From contig CAKOOO010000002.1 in assembly GCA_934098665.1 (NCBI GenBank), positions 20,374-84,373 of the forward strand: a stretch of 64,000 nucleotides of DNA. The letters run 5' to 3'. This document shows positions 29,630-40,675 of this stretch, piece by piece. How positions within the stretch are numbered: the stretch's first letter is position 1; each line of letters starts with the position of its first letter. Made by a program: the position numbers and the translations under genes. This DNA comes from an uncultured Bacilli bacterium. Its GTDB lineage: Bacteria; Bacillota_I; Bacilli_A; RF39; UBA660. Below the pieces are notes generated by a model, which saw only the letters and a list, made by a program, of their open reading frames with translations, did not search any database and had not been told where the DNA came from.

Positions 29630-30251
29630 AATTAGTTTTATTATTTTTTTTAACTTTATCATAAAGTAAATCAATACTTGTAAGAAGTGCAAGTGATAAA
29701 AGCATTGCTCCGAAAACATCACTAAAATAATGTGCTCCAAGATAAATTCTTGAAATAGCCACTACAAAAGGAATTATTCCAAGAAGTATGCTAAATAAAA
29801 TTTTATATGATTTACTTATTTTTGTTTTAAATAAATAATAAATTAAAAATCCATATAAAGTTACACTTGCCATTGTATGGCCACTTGGATATGAAAATGT
29901 ATTTTCAATAACAGTAATATACTCTGGTCTAGGACGACGAATTATAACTTTAACAATATTATTTAAAAGTGTGGAAATAACAAGTATACCTGCACATTTA
30001 AATGCGTAATCTTTCTTTTTTAAAATCATTAATATAATAAATATTAAAATGCATAGTCCTATAATAAATGGGGTACTACCTAAAAATGTAAATACTTTCA
30101 TTATTTTTGTCATTGTTTCACTTGAAAACTTAATAACAAAATCATGGACATTTTTATCTATTACATTATATTTATTATTAACCACTAATAAAGAGTTAAT
30201 TATAAAAAGTACAAGCAATGTAAATGGAATATAATATTTTTTATTTTTCAT
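29628..30251 (-). CDS. PAP2-family phosphatase (BcrC/undecaprenyl-diphosphatase-like)
   Basis: Motifs RRPRP, PSGHT and SRIYLGAHYFSDV. Confidence 0.8.
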   Translation of the reverse strand: MKNKKYYIPFTLLVLFIINSLLVVNNKYNVIDKNVHDFVIKFSSETMTKIMKVFTFLGSTPFIIGLCILIFIILMILKKKDYAFKCAGILVISTLLNNIVKVIIRRPRPEYITVIENTFSYPSGHTMASVTLYGFLIYYLFKTKISKSYKILFSILLGIIPFVVAISRIYLGAHYFSDVFGAMLLSLALLTSIDLLYDKVKKNNKTN

Positions 30252-31287
30252 TTTTTTCTCCTACAAAAATAAATGTTCTTTGAATAACAAAATTAACTAC
30301 AAATAAAATTACATCAACTATAAGTTTTAAGATAATTACATTAATCTTAATTATTATAGCTAAATACTCAACTGCGAAGCCAGATACAAACATTTGAATT
30401 AAACATAAAATAACATATTTAATAAATGATAAGCTATTTTTATTTTTAAATACCATTTTAGCATTAACTGTAAAATTATATAAACTTGAAAGAATTCTTG
30501 CACATATAGTGGAAAATAATATAGCATCTTTTCCATGAATTATTTTAGAAAATATCCAAAATAATATAATATCTATTAAAAATGAAGAAAGTCCTGCGAA
30601 TATAAATTTTACAAATAATTTATATATTTCAAAAGAATCTTTTACAGGATTAAAGTGACTTTCACTATTACTATTTTCTAAATATATTGTTTCTATTGGC
30701 GTTTCCACTATATTAATGTTACTATTAACGCATTCAATTAACATATTAGTTTCATATTCAAATCTATCACCTTTTACAGTTAAAAACTTACTCATAACTT
30801 TTTTAGGATAACCACGAAGTCCTGTTTGCGTATCAGTAATAGAAAGACCTACAAAAGTTTTAAATACACTTCTTGTTATTTTATTACCAAATTTATTTCT
30901 CTTAGGAACATTATCACTATCAAAATTTCGACATCCTAAAACTAAACTATCCGGATGTTTTTTTATAAGTGAGCATATATTTAATATATCTTTTACACTA
31001 TGCTGACCATCACTATCAGCGGTAACTACTCCCTCTAAAGAAGGATATTTTAGTAATAAATAGTTAAAAGCATCTTTCATAGCTCTTCCTTTTCCCATAT
31101 TTACATAATGAGAAATTACGGTTATTTTCTTTTTCTTTAATTCATCAAAGAAACTATCATATTCTTTTCTGCATCCATCATTTACTACTAAAATATTGGC
31201 TGTTTTTTTTAATAATTTATCTAAAAATTCAGAAAATATTTCAATATTAGGATTAAGTGTTGGCACTACAACAAATATATTATCCAT
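30241..31287 (-). CDS. family 2 glycosyltransferase fused to a GtrA-like membrane domain
   Basis: N-terminal VVVPTLNP...VNDG...ADSDGQH (GT-A fold) and a C-terminal four-TM GtrA-like region. Confidence 0.75.
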   Translation of the reverse strand: MDNIFVVVPTLNPNIEIFSEFLDKLLKKTANILVVNDGCRKEYDSFFDELKKKKITVISHYVNMGKGRAMKDAFNYLLLKYPSLEGVVTADSDGQHSVKDILNICSLIKKHPDSLVLGCRNFDSDNVPKRNKFGNKITRSVFKTFVGLSITDTQTGLRGYPKKVMSKFLTVKGDRFEYETNMLIECVNSNINIVETPIETIYLENSNSESHFNPVKDSFEIYKLFVKFIFAGLSSFLIDIILFWIFSKIIHGKDAILFSTICARILSSLYNFTVNAKMVFKNKNSLSFIKYVILCLIQMFVSGFAVEYLAIIIKINVIILKLIVDVILFVVNFVIQRTFIFVGEKNEK

Positions 31288-32423
31288 TATTTATCTCCTT
31301 TTGCTTTCATAGATACAACTTTATAAGCACCATCTATATAAGCATAATAAAATGTATCATTTATTGTATCAACTCTTTTTTCACCATTAACAAGTGTCAT
31401 ATTCTTTTCTAAATAAATATCTACAGAAAAAGCATTTTCATTATAGACAATATAATTATCTACTTTTACATTTGTAAATGTATCACTATCAAGTGTATGT
31501 ATTGAGGTAAATGTTATATCTACATTTGTTGCCCAGTTATATGCTCTTTTATAAAGTGATGTTCCTTCAACTAAATTTGGTGTTAATTTATAAAGACCAT
31601 ATCTTTCACCATCTAAATCAGCAGTTAAAAATAAACTCCAATTTTTAGCAAAAGTTATTTCATCAAAATCTTTATTAGAAAGCTTACTAAGGGCATCTTC
31701 TTTACTACTTGCTTTATAATATGAGGAAGCATAATATGTATTTTTATCATTTTTTACTTCAACTTCATTATCACCATCTTTAACAGTAATTTTTGGTTTA
31801 TAAGTAAGGCCACTTATTTTATAATGTTTTTCATAAGGTAAATTTACTTTATCATAAACTTCACTATATTCTTTTATTTCTTCTTTAGAAAGCAAATCTT
31901 CATCTAATGCTTTTATACCATTAATATATAAATCATAGTTATCATTTACATAAATATCTACATTATATATACCTGTTTTACTATAAGTTTCAACTTTTTT
32001 TATACTATAATCCTCAAAAGAAAGTATACCAAGTCTTCTTTCTTTTTTCGATGTTAAAGTAACACTTGCTATCAAAATATCATCAGCATATATGTCATAT
32101 GTATTTTCTTCATTAGTATTTTTTTTATAGCTTAATTTACTATTTTCAAAAAGCTCTTTATATCCTTTTTCAAAAGATGATGATTTTTCATAAGGTGAAG
32201 AAGTATTATTAAACGATAAATATTTTTTAATATTACCCGTTTTACTTGCTTTTTTCATATCTTTTATTAAATATGTCATATAGCCTTCGATATTTCCTTT
32301 TTCATACATTTTAAGTGTTGAGGAAAGATATATAAGAGTTATTTCACTTAATATTAATAAAATTAGGAAAAAGACTAATAAACTTTTTTTATAACCACTC
32401 ATTTTTTTTCTTCTTTTACTCAT
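31287..32423 (-). CDS. membrane-anchored extracytoplasmic protein, unknown function
   Basis: 378 aa with a single N-terminal TM segment. Coupled to the neighbouring envelope genes. Confidence 0.55.
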   Translation of the reverse strand: MSKRRKKMSGYKKSLLVFFLILLILSEITLIYLSSTLKMYEKGNIEGYMTYLIKDMKKASKTGNIKKYLSFNNTSSPYEKSSSFEKGYKELFENSKLSYKKNTNEENTYDIYADDILIASVTLTSKKERRLGILSFEDYSIKKVETYSKTGIYNVDIYVNDNYDLYINGIKALDEDLLSKEEIKEYSEVYDKVNLPYEKHYKISGLTYKPKITVKDGDNEVEVKNDKNTYYASSYYKASSKEDALSKLSNKDFDEITFAKNWSLFLTADLDGERYGLYKLTPNLVEGTSLYKRAYNWATNVDITFTSIHTLDSDTFTNVKVDNYIVYNENAFSVDIYLEKNMTLVNGEKRVDTINDTFYYAYIDGAYKVVSMKAKGDK

Positions 32424-32430
32424 AACAAAC

Positions 32431-33468
32431 CTACTTTTCTATTATAAATGCCTCGGGTAAACGCCAAGATGAATTTGAATAATAAAGGGTAACTGATGTC
32501 ATTAAATATTTATCTTGATAATACATTGTTGAGGATGAGCCACCATCAAGGTTCGCAGCATTTACTGCCCCATATTTTTCCATAACCTCAATAAGATCTG
32601 ATGCAGTTGCCCCTAAATGACCTGATGCTCCTCTTCCATCTGTTACAAGAAATAAAACTGTTCCATCGGCTTTTTGTCCTATTGCGGTTCTTGGATTTGC
32701 TCCACTTCCAAGACCATTACTCTCTCTTTTTTCACCATTTATAATAAGTTTTACAAAATGGTTATTTGCATCACTTGCTTCCTCTTGAAATGTTACGCCG
32801 TCTCTTAACCCTTCATCTTTAACAAGTTTTTCTACGCCTTCTTTATTAAGTCCTGAAAGAGATAAAATTTTTAAAATATTATTATTATCAAAACCAATTA
32901 AATAGTATCCCACTCCATTTGGACTATTCCAAACAATTTCACCTTTAGAAACAACAACACCCATTGGATAACCACCTTTATTAAGAGTAGATACATATAT
33001 ACCCCCATTAACTCCACCAATAGCGCCATTTTCTTTAACTATTTCATCAAGTGTTTTTCCATATTCAGAAAATGGATAAGTTGTTGCAACTTTTACTTTC
33101 GCAGGATTACTTATAATCATCATAGTTCCATGAAAATTACTTCCATTAACTTCTTCGATTTTAATATCATTTTCATCTTTACTTGCAATATCAATTAAAT
33201 CACTATCTACATCTTTATTTAAATCTTTTAAAGAATTACTATTTACAATTTCATTAATTGTTTTACTAGGAAGTACTAAATGTACTACAAATTTAAAAGC
33301 ACCAGTTTCCAAAAATGTTGTTGTAAAAATATTTCTCGCAGATTTACTTGGTCCATAACATATTAAAAGTAGGCTTGCATATAAAGTAAATAAAACCATC
33401 AAAATAAATACGCCAAGAAAAGATAACGTTTTTAAAATAATCTTCATAATTTTTTTCATAACTACCAT
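32431..33468 (-). CDS. phosphodiester glycosidase family protein (NAGPA/DUF2233-like)
   Basis: N-terminal anchor. PRTAIGQKADGTVLFLVTDGR and NLDGGSSSTMY motifs. Confidence 0.65.
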   Translation of the reverse strand: MVVMKKIMKIILKTLSFLGVFILMVLFTLYASLLLICYGPSKSARNIFTTTFLETGAFKFVVHLVLPSKTINEIVNSNSLKDLNKDVDSDLIDIASKDENDIKIEEVNGSNFHGTMMIISNPAKVKVATTYPFSEYGKTLDEIVKENGAIGGVNGGIYVSTLNKGGYPMGVVVSKGEIVWNSPNGVGYYLIGFDNNNILKILSLSGLNKEGVEKLVKDEGLRDGVTFQEEASDANNHFVKLIINGEKRESNGLGSGANPRTAIGQKADGTVLFLVTDGRGASGHLGATASDLIEVMEKYGAVNAANLDGGSSSTMYYQDKYLMTSVTLYYSNSSWRLPEAFIIEK

Positions 33469-33515
33469 CCTAAACTCAATAATATCTTATCATACTTTTT
33501 AGGCAAAATAAATAG

Positions 33516-33818
33516 TTATTTTATAAACATAAATTTTTTCTTTTCTACTTGATAAATTAGTCCAGAATATATTAGCACTTTTATAAGTTCATTACATCTA
33601 CTCATGCTTAAATTAAGTATGCATATCATATCCTCTAAAGTAAAGTTTTCATAAAATTTATAATATGAAAATAATAATTTAATATTTTCTTTTGTTACAG
33701 ATTTTATTTTAGAGTTAATTTTTTTTAAAAGTAATAACTGAAAATAGTCTTCATCATTTACAATATTATAATCTTTTTCTATTTCACAAAACATTGTTAC
33801 ACCTCCCTGTAAATACAA
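33516..33818 (-). CDS. small hypothetical protein
   Basis: 100-aa ORF. No motif recognised. Confidence 0.4.
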   Translation of the reverse strand: MYLQGGVTMFCEIEKDYNIVNDEDYFQLLLLKKINSKIKSVTKENIKLLFSYYKFYENFTLEDMICILNLSMSRCNELIKVLIYSGLIYQVEKKKFMFIK

Positions 33819-33912
33819 TATACAATAAAAAAATAAAAAAAATTGTCGAAAAAAGAAGTTGAAATAAAAAAAAATTTATGGTAAATTATCTATAGAAAAG
33901 GAAGATAATAAA

Positions 33913-34005
33913 ATGAAAAAAAAGACAAGAAAAAAAGTAGCATGGATACTTATAGTACTTATGCTTTTATCAGTAGTTGCAAGTATCATAGCATACTTTC
34001 TATAA
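33913..34005 (+). CDS. candidate 30-aa membrane peptide (MKKKTRKKVAWILIVLMLLSVVASIIAYFL)
   Basis: AAAAGGAAG RBS. TTGAAA-17-TGgTAAATT promoter at 33859-33887. Confidence 0.3.
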   Translation: MKKKTRKKVAWILIVLMLLSVVASIIAYFL

Positions 34006-34743
34006 TAAGTTTAATAAATTTAAGAACTTATCTTGAAAAAGAAAAACAATAAATAATGAAGAAACCAAAAATGGGCCAAAAGCAACTTCATTATTTTTTT
34101 GTAGTTTTAAGGAAGCTACACTATATGGAAGTGCTAAAAAAGAAGCAAGAACAAGTGATATTAATGAAAGTTTAAAATTAAGTGCATAACCAATAACAAA
34201 AGAAAGTTTTATATCTCCCCCACCAAGGCTCTCTTTTTTAAAGGCAAAATCTCCGATTATTTTAATTAAATACATTATTAAAAATAATGCTACTCCACTT
34301 ACTAAACTAATAAGTGCTTCTTTGTAACCAAAATAAATAAATTTTAAGATAAAAAGTAATACACTACTTATTATAAGGGGGCTATCTAAAATAATATAGT
34401 AATAAAAATCAGTAATAAATATTAGTATCATAAGACTTGCTAAAACTAAAAGTGCATAATGCATGTAACCAGTAAAAAAATGGTAGCAAAGTGCAAATAA
34501 AATGCCTGTACTAATTTCTATAATTATATTAACCATACTAATTTTCTTATGACAATATCTACATTTACCCTTTAAAAAAATGTATGAAAAAATAGGTATT
34601 AAATCATACCATGCTAAAATATGATTACATTTATCACATTTACTACGAGAAAAAAAGGCATCTTCACCTTTAGGAAGTCTTTTACCTATAACAAGGTAAA
34701 AAGATCCTAAAACTGTGCCTATTATAAACATAATTACTTCCAT
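34000..34743 (-). CDS. prepilin peptidase (A24 family, PilD/ComC-like)
   Basis: Cys-rich CDKCNH...CRYCHKKIS, a GGGDIKL active-site region, and a polytopic membrane topology. Confidence 0.85.
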   Translation of the reverse strand: MEVIMFIIGTVLGSFYLVIGKRLPKGEDAFFSRSKCDKCNHILAWYDLIPIFSYIFLKGKCRYCHKKISMVNIIIEISTGILFALCYHFFTGYMHYALLVLASLMILIFITDFYYYIILDSPLIISSVLLFILKFIYFGYKEALISLVSGVALFLIMYLIKIIGDFAFKKESLGGGDIKLSFVIGYALNFKLSLISLVLASFLALPYSVASLKLQKNNEVAFGPFLVSSLFIVFLFQDKFLNLLNLL

Positions 34744-34751
34744 AACTCCCC

Positions 34752-36317
34752 CTATAAAATACTGTTGTAAACTTGGAACATTGGGATAATTACCGCAAGA
34801 AGTATACCACCAACAATTATAGCCAAGAATACAATCATAATTGGTTCTATTAAACTCTTTAATGAATTAATAATATTTTTATGCATAACTTGATAATAAT
34901 CACTTACTTTTTGCATCATATCTGCAAGTTGCCCGGTTGATTCACCAGTTACTATCATATAATATGCAACATCTGGTACAGCCCAGTGATCTTTAAATGC
35001 ATCTGATATTTTTTCACCTTTAACTATATTATCAATTGTTTTATACATTACTAATCTATATATTTCATTTTTAGTTATTTTACTTAAAATACCCATACTT
35101 TCAGTAATATAAACATTATTTCTTAAAAGTGAGGCAAATGTTTTTGCAAATATAGTAATTTCATTATATATAATAATATTTTTTATAACAGGAATTTTCA
35201 TCGTAACTGTTTGAACAAAAATTCTAAACATTTTAACCTTTTTATACATTACATAATTTGCAAATATTAATAAAGCAAAAACTAATATAACTGTTATAAT
35301 ATTATTTGTTAAAAAATTACTAAAATTAATAAGCCATTTTGTAAGTCCTGTTACCGCAACATCCATTTGGGCATAAATATCATTAAACTGTGGTACAACA
35401 TATAAAACAATAAATGTTATTACCGCAATAGAAAAAATCATTATAATAAGTGGATAAGTAAGAGCACTTTTCATTTCTTTTGTAGTATTATGAACTTCAG
35501 TATAATACTGGGCCATATCCTCAAGGGTCTCTTGAAGTGTTCCCGTAGCTTCAGCGGCTTTAATCATATTTATAAGAAGTGCTGGAAATAAAGTACCTTG
35601 TTTTGCAAGAGCATTTGAAAAAGTTTCTCCAAGAGCAAGTTCATAACATATTGCATCATAAACTCTTTGTCTTGTTTTATTTTTCATTTGTGATGTAAGT
35701 ATTTTCATACCTTCATTTAAGGTAATACCTGCTTTTAAATAAGTAGAAAGCTGAGTTAAAAAGAATATTAAATCTTTTTTAGACATTTCTCTTGAAAAAA
35801 TAGAATTTTCATTATATAAAAAGTTAATCATTTTTGAGGTTTTAATATCATATACTTCATAACCTTTATTAAGTAAAAATGCATTTATATCAAGTTTTGA
35901 AAGGCCAGATATAGTTCCTGAAAATATTTGATTATCACCTTTTGCATTTCTAACTGTAAATCTATATACATTTGGAGTTTTACTTCGAGTTGCTCCACCC
36001 ATTCTTAAATCATTTTCTAAAGCAATTTTCATTTTTTCATATTTTTTTAATGTTGCATTGCTATACTTATATACTTTTTGCCTTTTGATAGTTTTACCTT
36101 TAGTTTTTTCATAAAGGGCCTCTCTTTCATCTGCTGTTTCAATTTTTTCTTTTTTAGATCCTACCGCTTTTTCTAAATTCCATGCAAAAAAGTTAAATAA
36201 AATAACCCACATGTCCCAAAGTAAAAACTTTATTCCCTTTAAGCTATAAAATGGAATGTAAATAAAACTTAATAAAAAGTCAACTAAAATATTACTCTTC
36301 TTTTTTTCTGTATCCAC
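34752..36317 (-). CDS. type II secretion/type IV pilus platform protein (GspF/PilC/ComGB family)
   Basis: Two T2SSF repeats (LTQLSTYLKAGITLNEGM... and FAKTFASLLRNNVYITESM...). GTG start 7 nt after AAGGAG. Confidence 0.85.
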   Translation of the reverse strand: MDTEKKKSNILVDFLLSFIYIPFYSLKGIKFLLWDMWVILFNFFAWNLEKAVGSKKEKIETADEREALYEKTKGKTIKRQKVYKYSNATLKKYEKMKIALENDLRMGGATRSKTPNVYRFTVRNAKGDNQIFSGTISGLSKLDINAFLLNKGYEVYDIKTSKMINFLYNENSIFSREMSKKDLIFFLTQLSTYLKAGITLNEGMKILTSQMKNKTRQRVYDAICYELALGETFSNALAKQGTLFPALLINMIKAAEATGTLQETLEDMAQYYTEVHNTTKEMKSALTYPLIIMIFSIAVITFIVLYVVPQFNDIYAQMDVAVTGLTKWLINFSNFLTNNIITVILVFALLIFANYVMYKKVKMFRIFVQTVTMKIPVIKNIIIYNEITIFAKTFASLLRNNVYITESMGILSKITKNEIYRLVMYKTIDNIVKGEKISDAFKDHWAVPDVAYYMIVTGESTGQLADMMQKVSDYYQVMHKNIINSLKSLIEPIMIVFLAIIVGGILLAVIIPMFQVYNSIL

Positions 36318-36416
36318 CTTTACACTCCTTACTATAAAAAAAGTATATCATAAAAAAGTGCTCAATTCTAGTATTCTTTTTATTTTTTTTACATATTTTA
36401 TATTAGGTGAATGTAT

Positions 36417-36671
36417 ATGTTTCCAAATGTAGTAACTTCGGCTTTATCGCTTACTAAAGTTTTATCAGGTCTTTCTAAAACTATAGGTATAGTTAAAGAG
36501 GCTATTCCTCTTTATGAAAGTGTTAAACCAATATTTGGTAATTCAAAAAAGATAATGAATTTACTTAAAAAAAATAATGTATTAGATTTAAGAAAAAACG
36601 ATTATAAAACATCAAAAAAAATGACTACAGAAAGTAGCCAAATTATAAATAATCCTGTATTTTTTAAATAG
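36417..36671 (+). CDS. small hypothetical protein
   Basis: The ORF is divergent from the gspF-like gene. The second ATG is preferred, 7 nt after AGGTGA. Confidence 0.35.
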   Translation: MFPNVVTSALSLTKVLSGLSKTIGIVKEAIPLYESVKPIFGNSKKIMNLLKKNNVLDLRKNDYKTSKKMTTESSQIINNPVFFK

Positions 36672-37272
36672 ATTTAAAATATAAATAAATCATATTTTTT
36701 AAAGTGGATAATTTTTTTGAATGAATAAATATATATTTTTCTTTTTTATATAAGTATTTAAAATAATTTTTATTATTACTTATTCCATACATAAGTTTAT
36801 TATGTGATAGTTTTTCATAACCTTTTTCATAACTTATAATATCATAATATTTTTTATTTTCATAAACTACTATCTCATTAACTATTTTATATCTTAAATC
36901 ATTCATATATTTTCGAAGCATATATAAATCATTATTAGAGCTTATTATAATATTACTAGGTAACTTACCACTTTCAAGTATATGAATTATAGTACTTGTA
37001 CCCATACCACATATTACTAAAGTATCATATTTTTCTTTAATATCCTTTAGGCCATCACTTAAAACAAATTTTACACCTTTTATATTATGTTTTTTTAAAT
37101 TTTCTTTGCCTGCATTTAAGGCATTAATAGATATATCACTAGCAATAATACTCTTACATTTTTTTTGTTTTATAAGTAAAAATGGTAAATATGCATGGTC
37201 AGTTCCAACATCCAAAATACTTGAACCATTTTTTACTAATTTACTTACTGCCTCAAGGCGCAAAGACTTCAC
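36664..37272 (-). CDS. trmK: tRNA (adenine22-N1)-methyltransferase TrmK-like
   Basis: DVGTDHAYLP motif. Position directly downstream of sigA, as with Bacillus yqfN. Confidence 0.7.
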   Translation of the reverse strand: MKSLRLEAVSKLVKNGSSILDVGTDHAYLPFLLIKQKKCKSIIASDISINALNAGKENLKKHNIKGVKFVLSDGLKDIKEKYDTLVICGMGTSTIIHILESGKLPSNIIISSNNDLYMLRKYMNDLRYKIVNEIVVYENKKYYDIISYEKGYEKLSHNKLMYGISNNKNYFKYLYKKEKYIFIHSKKLSTLKNMIYLYFKSI

Positions 37273-38384
37273 TATTCCTCCATAAAATCTTTTAGTTTTT
37301 TAGCTCTTGAAGGATGACGAAGTTTACGTAGTGCTTTAGCTTCAATTTGACGTATTCTTTCTCTTGTAACATTAAACTTTTTACCTACTTCCTCTAAAGT
37401 ATGGCAAGTTCCATCTTTAAGGCCAAAACGTAAACGTAATACTTCTTGCTCTCTTGGTTGTAAACTTTGAAGCACTTCATCAATTTCCTCTTTCAATATT
37501 TCATTTTCGGTATATTCTTCAGGTGAAAGAGAACTTTCATCTTTTATAAAATCTCCTAAATGAGAATCATCTTCTTCACCAATAGGTGTTTCAAGAGAAA
37601 CTGGATCTTGACTAATTTTAATTACTTCACGTACTTTATCAATACTTACATTCATTTTTTTAGCAATTTCTTCTTCGGAAGGTTCACGATTAAGTTCCAA
37701 AGTAAGTTGTCTTTGAACTCTTACCATTTTATTAATAGTTTCAACCATGTGTACTGGAACACGTATTGTTCTTGCTTGGTCTGCTAAGGCTCTTGTAATT
37801 GCTTGTCTAATCCACCAAGTTGCATACGTTGAAAATTTATATCCCCTATTAGAGTCAAATTTATCAACAGCTTTCATAAGACCGATATTACCCTCTTGAA
37901 TAAGGTCAAGAAAAAGTAGTCCTCTTCCAACATATCTTTTAGCTATTGAAACAACTAAACGAAGGTTACTTTCCGCAAGAATTCTTTTTGCTTCTTCATC
38001 ATCATTATTAATTCTATCAGAAAGAGCTAGTTCTTCAGCTGGAGTAAGTAGTGGTATTCTACCTATTTCTTTTAAATACATTCTAACTGGATCATTAATA
38101 TTTACATCTTTAGTTATTTCTTCATCATCAAGTATTAAGTTTTCTTCATCATTTGCTTCTTCTAGTGTTTTAGCAACATTTCCTCCATTTGAGGCAACAT
38201 CATCACCAGAAATAACAGTTATATTATGTTCAAGTAATTTATTATATAGTTCATCAAGTAAATCATTATCAATATCAAGACCTTTTAATTTATCAGCAAG
38301 CATTTCATAAGTAATATAACCTTTTCCTTTTCCTTCTTTAATTAACTCTTCTTCTCTTTCTTTAAATGTTTTAATCTCTTTCAT
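37272..38384 (-). CDS. rpoD: primary RNA polymerase sigma factor
   Basis: Regions 1.2-4.2 are recognisable: [59 protein letters not shown]. Confidence 0.95.
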   Translation of the reverse strand: MKEIKTFKEREEELIKEGKGKGYITYEMLADKLKGLDIDNDLLDELYNKLLEHNITVISGDDVASNGGNVAKTLEEANDEENLILDDEEITKDVNINDPVRMYLKEIGRIPLLTPAEELALSDRINNDDEEAKRILAESNLRLVVSIAKRYVGRGLLFLDLIQEGNIGLMKAVDKFDSNRGYKFSTYATWWIRQAITRALADQARTIRVPVHMVETINKMVRVQRQLTLELNREPSEEEIAKKMNVSIDKVREVIKISQDPVSLETPIGEEDDSHLGDFIKDESSLSPEEYTENEILKEEIDEVLQSLQPREQEVLRLRFGLKDGTCHTLEEVGKKFNVTRERIRQIEAKALRKLRHPSRAKKLKDFMEE

Positions 38385-40119
38385 TTTTATCCACTTCCTT
38401 TTTTAATTTTGTTAATCTTTCTATTAATTTTACTTTTGCATTTATATCTTGTTCATTTTTAATTTTTTCCTTTAGATTTTTAATATCATCAAGGTCAATT
38501 TCTTTACTAACTGCTTTAATCAATTTTTCATATTCATTTTCACTAATATCTTCTTCATAGTTTTCCCCAATAATTTTATTTACAAAATCAGAAACTTCTT
38601 CATATTTTAACACATAATCTATAAAATCTGCAATATCTATTTTATTATATTTATCTATATATTCTGCAATTAATCCTACAGTCATACGTTCTTTTTTTTC
38701 TTTTAAATAACCAAGGTTATTCATATACATCCTATAATACTCTTTATGAAGTAACATTGCATAAATTAATTTTGAGGATAAAACTTCATATTTGCTTTTT
38801 TTTATTTTAATAGGCTTTTCTTCTTTTTTAGGTATTTTACTCTTAATACTATCCCTTAATAAAGAGGCATCTATATTATACTCATTTGCAAGCCGGTTTA
38901 TAATAAGTTCACGTTCAATACCTTCAGTAAATTTTAAAGATGATAACGCATTTTTTAAATACGCTGTAACATCCTCAATAGACGTTAAATCTATTCCTGT
39001 TTTTAGGGCATCAAGTTTAAAATCAATAAATTTACGAGCATTTGTAATGTTATCTTTTAGAGCATCAACTCCATTTTTACGAACATATTCATCAGGGTCT
39101 TTACAACCAGAAAGTCTTACTACTCTTACATCAATACCTTTTTCTAAAAGGGCATCACCAACTTTTAAAGTAGCACTGCTACCAGCATTATCACTATCTA
39201 GCATTAAAATTACTTTTAATCTTTGCTTTTTTATAAAATCAATTTGATAGCCCGATAAGTTAACGCCCATTAGAGCACATACATTTTTTATGCCATAAGT
39301 ACAAAGCATTATTGCATCCATATTTCCTTCGACAATAACAAGCTCCCTTAATTTATTTATTTCATTTTTAGCATTATAGTAATTAAATAGTATTTCACTT
39401 TTTTTATAAATAACAGTTTCTTTGGAGTTAACATATTTATTTTCTTCATCTTTAAGATAGCATCTTCCAGTATAACCACAAAGTTTTCCATTTTGATTAA
39501 ATATAGGAATCATAATTCTATCATTAAATACATCAAAATACTCTATACCATTTTTATTAACAAGTCCTATATTATACGCAAGTTCTAAATCTATATTTTT
39601 ACTTTCTAAAAACTTTTTTAAACTATTTTGACTAAAAGAAAGACCAATTTTAAAATTATTAATTATATTTTCATTTATTTTTCTTTTTTCTAAATATTCT
39701 TTTGCTTTTTTGCCATCATTACTAGCAATATTATTTTGAAAAAATTTTAAAGATAAATCCATTATTTCATATTCTTTAGTATATTTTTCACTATCATTAT
39801 ATTTATTTTTTATTTGAAAGTTAAAGTCTTGATGAGATTTTTGAGCCACTATTTTAACACTTTCAATAAAGGATACATTTTCATAGTCTTCGACAAACTT
39901 AAAAACATTACCACCTGCTGAACACCCACCAAAACATTTATATATTTGTTTTTTTTCAGATACTATCATATTTGGATTATGATCATCATGAAAAGGACAC
40001 AAACATAGATAATTATCCTTACCTTTTTTTTCTAGTTTTATGCCATAACTTTCTATAATATCTACAATATTTGCGTTTTCTCTAATTTTACTAATTTCTT
40101 CTTCTGTTAAATACTTCAT
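38371..40119 (-). CDS. dnaG: DNA primase
   Basis: Zinc ribbon [13 protein letters not shown]...CFGC, TOPRIM EGNMD...DSDNAG, and overlap with rpoD. Confidence 0.95.
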   Translation of the reverse strand: MKYLTEEEISKIRENANIVDIIESYGIKLEKKGKDNYLCLCPFHDDHNPNMIVSEKKQIYKCFGGCSAGGNVFKFVEDYENVSFIESVKIVAQKSHQDFNFQIKNKYNDSEKYTKEYEIMDLSLKFFQNNIASNDGKKAKEYLEKRKINENIINNFKIGLSFSQNSLKKFLESKNIDLELAYNIGLVNKNGIEYFDVFNDRIMIPIFNQNGKLCGYTGRCYLKDEENKYVNSKETVIYKKSEILFNYYNAKNEINKLRELVIVEGNMDAIMLCTYGIKNVCALMGVNLSGYQIDFIKKQRLKVILMLDSDNAGSSATLKVGDALLEKGIDVRVVRLSGCKDPDEYVRKNGVDALKDNITNARKFIDFKLDALKTGIDLTSIEDVTAYLKNALSSLKFTEGIERELIINRLANEYNIDASLLRDSIKSKIPKKEEKPIKIKKSKYEVLSSKLIYAMLLHKEYYRMYMNNLGYLKEKKERMTVGLIAEYIDKYNKIDIADFIDYVLKYEEVSDFVNKIIGENYEEDISENEYEKLIKAVSKEIDLDDIKNLKEKIKNEQDINAKVKLIERLTKLKKEVDKNERD

Positions 40120-40206
40120 ATTTTTTCCCCTACACTTATAATTATTACCGGTAAGGTGCCAATTTCCTTTTTTTTTTGCAAAAAAATTAAAAAAAACTCA
40201 AAAAAA

Positions 40207-40587
40207 CTATAATTTTCTTGAGTTTACGACATATTGTTTACGTAAATTAAACTTATCACATGTTATTAAATACAAATTATTTTCATCAAAATTAAAACTA
40301 TATTTTTTACCTTTTTCTATATATTCAAAACTTACTATTTCATATTTATAAATTTTTCCATAGTACTTTAAATAGATAATATCATTTATATTTAAATCAA
40401 ATAAATCATTAAAATATGCATTATCACCATAACCGGAATGTCCTAAAATAAATAATACACTTTTTTCATTATTTGGCATAATGCTTTTTTCATGAAGTTT
40501 TATATTATCACAAAGCGTTGAAGTGCTAGAAAAAGACTTTTTAAAATTAATTTTAGGGATTATTAAAGTAAGTTTATTATAATTCAT
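40207..40587 (-). CDS. sortase catalytic domain, separated from its anchor and start codon by a homopolymer frameshift
   Basis: LGHSG (His), LYLITCD (Cys) and RKQYVV (Arg). The same frame stays open upstream, encoding KKSKIIILILVIITVFSSQ, but has no start codon. See findings. Confidence 0.6.
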   Translation of the reverse strand: MNYNKLTLIIPKINFKKSFSSTSTLCDNIKLHEKSIMPNNEKSVLFILGHSGYGDNAYFNDLFDLNINDIIYLKYYGKIYKYEIVSFEYIEKGKKYSFNFDENNLYLITCDKFNLRKQYVVNSRKL

Positions 40588-40675
40588 TTTATCAAAAAGA
40601 GTATTTTCATAATATATTTCTTTTTTTATTTGGGAAGAAAAAACTGTTATTATTACTAAAATTAGAATTATAATT